From: Eledone cirrhosa
Taxonomy: Eukaryota
Length of the DNA stretch: 64,000 nt
Reading direction: 5' to 3'
Assembly (NCBI GenBank): GCA_964016885.1
Contig: OZ024741.1
Coordinates: forward strand, 112,592,001-112,656,000
Positions 61,980 through 64,000 of this stretch are shown here, one piece after another. Each line of letters starts with the position of its first letter. Within the stretch, counting starts at the first letter, position 1. The position numbers were made by a program, and so were the translations under genes. The notes beneath the pieces are model-generated. The model searched no databases, was not told the origin of the DNA, and saw only the letters and a program-made list of their open reading frames with translations.

Positions 61980-63245
61980 TGATCCCAAATACTTTCAGAT
62001 TTACCATCCATTATCCAGAGAAGCCCTGGGGTGGGGGCTGAGAGAGCAATCCGAGAATAGTTGTTGATGGCTGGTTGAGTTAATTTGAATGAATAAAAAG
62101 AAAATGTCAAGGCTTAATATTTTTTATGTGTGTTGGGGGGGGGGGGGTACGTGTGTGAATATGTGTATGGTATATGTACGTGTGTGCATGAGTGTAAGTG
62201 TGTACGTGAGTAAGGAAGTGAAAGGTGTGTGTAGTTGATCTGTAACGTTTCTTTGTTTATTTGTATGTTAAATGGCCACACAGAAGCTAGTAAGGAATGG
62301 GCCTGCTGCTAGTATTGGCCTTGTCAAACTGGATGACTATTCCTAGCTATTAAGGGATTTTCATGTTGTTAGCATTAGTTGTGTCCACTCAGGCCAAGGA
62401 TTAGGCATTCTTAGGGTAGGCAGCTGGGATGTTAGAACGATGGCGTAATTAGGTTGGACAAGTTAAATCAGCAATTGGTGCACTTCTTTCCATTCTATTA
62501 TTAATGGCAGGATTTAGTCATTTGATCAAGAGGGCCTCTTTTATTTTCAGCGTGCCTTTACTGCATTCAGTAACCAAGACAGTGGTGGTTATTCTATTGT
62601 CCCAGGTTCCACATTTGATGATGTGTATGCAAAAGGAAGAGGAGTTGGTGTTAATGTGTTCTTTAATTTGGAGATGTAATGATTGAAAAGTGCTGCCTAT
62701 GGAGAATTTGTTGCACTTGTCACATTATAACTTATATACCACATAGGCACATAGGCAACAATTAATGTTGTGGATAGGGCAATTGGCTAGCGTGCATGTT
62801 ATCTTCACTGGGGGGGGGGGTTGTCTTGTGGATAGGCATCTCCACAGGGAAAGTTCCAAGTGAGCTAGTCTGATATTGAGGCCCTCTCTCCAGATGGCTT
62901 TGCATATGGTGCTGGTCGTTTCTTCGCTGAGGTGTGGGATCATGAGAAAACAACTATTGTTTGCATTGGTCTGGTCTTTGGGTCTGGTGTTTGGCTGTGG
63001 GGTGGAGAAGGAAGCTGGGTAGCCATTGATCTTTAACACCCTGTGGAATCATCTGATATGGGTGACTCTATTTGTAATGTCGCTGCATCGGTTGCATATG
63101 TAAGCCATTTTGCTAAAGATGTACCCTCCTTTAGAGCTATTGGGGAGGGCAGATTTGTAGTGGACAAACAGGTCCCTGCTCGTCGCTTTGCAGTAGAAAT
63201 TGGTATGGATTTCACTGCTTAGCAGAGATGTCTAGTCTGAAGTTG
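61980..63245 (-). mobile_element. Penelope-like element, 3' portion (RT C-terminus + GIY-YIG endonuclease + 3' region)
   Basis: Minus strand reads TNFYCKATSRDLFVHYKSALP, LKINGYP, CTLANCP, YVVYKL*CDKCNKFSIGST, IKEH and IKEALLIK*LNPAIN. Confidence 0.82.
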
Positions 63246-63384
63246 AGCACTTATAATCTCATACACATTGTTAGGTTTCCAAATAATTAAACTTATTTCC
63301 TAGTTAAATTTGTATTTCTTATTCCACAATGCGTCGAGCAAACTTTGAAATTGATTTTTTTGATTGCCTGAAAGGCTCCCTATA

Positions 63385-63955
63385 GGTTGTCAAGTTTGTT
63401 ACCTGGCTTACCTAATCAACAGTGAGGAAAAATGCTCTGAATGTATAGTGGCTAGTATAAGAATGGGCTGGAAATAGTTTAGGGACCTAGTACTCTGCTG
63501 ACAACAAAGAACTTCTCTCTCAGAGTGAAGGGTAGAATATATGATACCTGTGCATGAACTGCAATGCTACATGACAGTTAGACATAGGTCTTGGCTGCAG
63601 AAGATCTGCATTGGTTAGAAAAGACTGAAGCGAGTATGCACCAGTGGCTGTGTAATGTCAGTGTGCTTGAACAATGCAGCATAACTGAACTGAGAGAAAA
63701 CTGGACATAAGAGAAAATTGATTTAGTGTGCAAGGGAGAAGACTGTGCTGTTATGGGAATATTATTCGTATGGAAGATAGCCGTTGCTTAAAGAAGTGCA
63801 GAGGAATCTCAATAGATGGGACTCATGGAAGAGGTAGACCAAGGGTGACGTAGGATGAAATGGTGAAGGCTGACATTAGGAAATTGAGTCTCACAACAGA
63901 GATTCCAAAGGGTTGGGAGGATTGGCAACATGCAGTACTAGAGAAGACTCACTTA
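63385..63955 (+). pseudogene. Degenerate RTE C-terminal fragment
   Basis: CSE, GRIYDTC, LREKL, GRGRPRVT* and EKT remnants. Confidence 0.8.
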
Positions 63956-64000
63956 CTAGTATAAACATGTGAATATGATCTGCCCCCTTCCTTCCAACAT

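Overview
AT-rich eukaryotic genomic DNA with abundant (TA)n/(CA)n/(CAT)n microsatellites. The SINE/RTE repeat types look like coleoid cephalopod, probably Octopus; this is pattern recognition, not a database result. I found no convincing host protein-coding exon, so the window reads as a long intron or intergenic region filled with transposable elements. These include: RTE-clade LINEs, among them a near full-length copy (23.5-28.6 kb) split by an antisense copy of the same family; at least two tRNA-derived SINE families, three copies with clear 17-19 bp TSDs; a mariner relic with TIRs; TTAA/piggyBac-like MITEs; Penelope-like (GIY-YIG) relics; and R4/Dong-like, Tx1/L1-like and Gypsy relics. The most interesting signals are four. 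(1) About ten minimal type-I hammerhead-ribozyme-like motifs (CUGANGA-stem-GAAA-palindrome-UH), two of them inside small cassettes flanked by inverted repeats. (2) A C4HC3 PHD-finger-like module inserted in the RTE reverse-transcriptase ORF. (3) Two large inverted repeats: a ~98%-identical 700 bp fold-back centred in a SINE, and a 1.1 kb foldback element. (4) A candidate recursive splice site. Coordinates were read by eye, and ends of degenerate elements are approximate.
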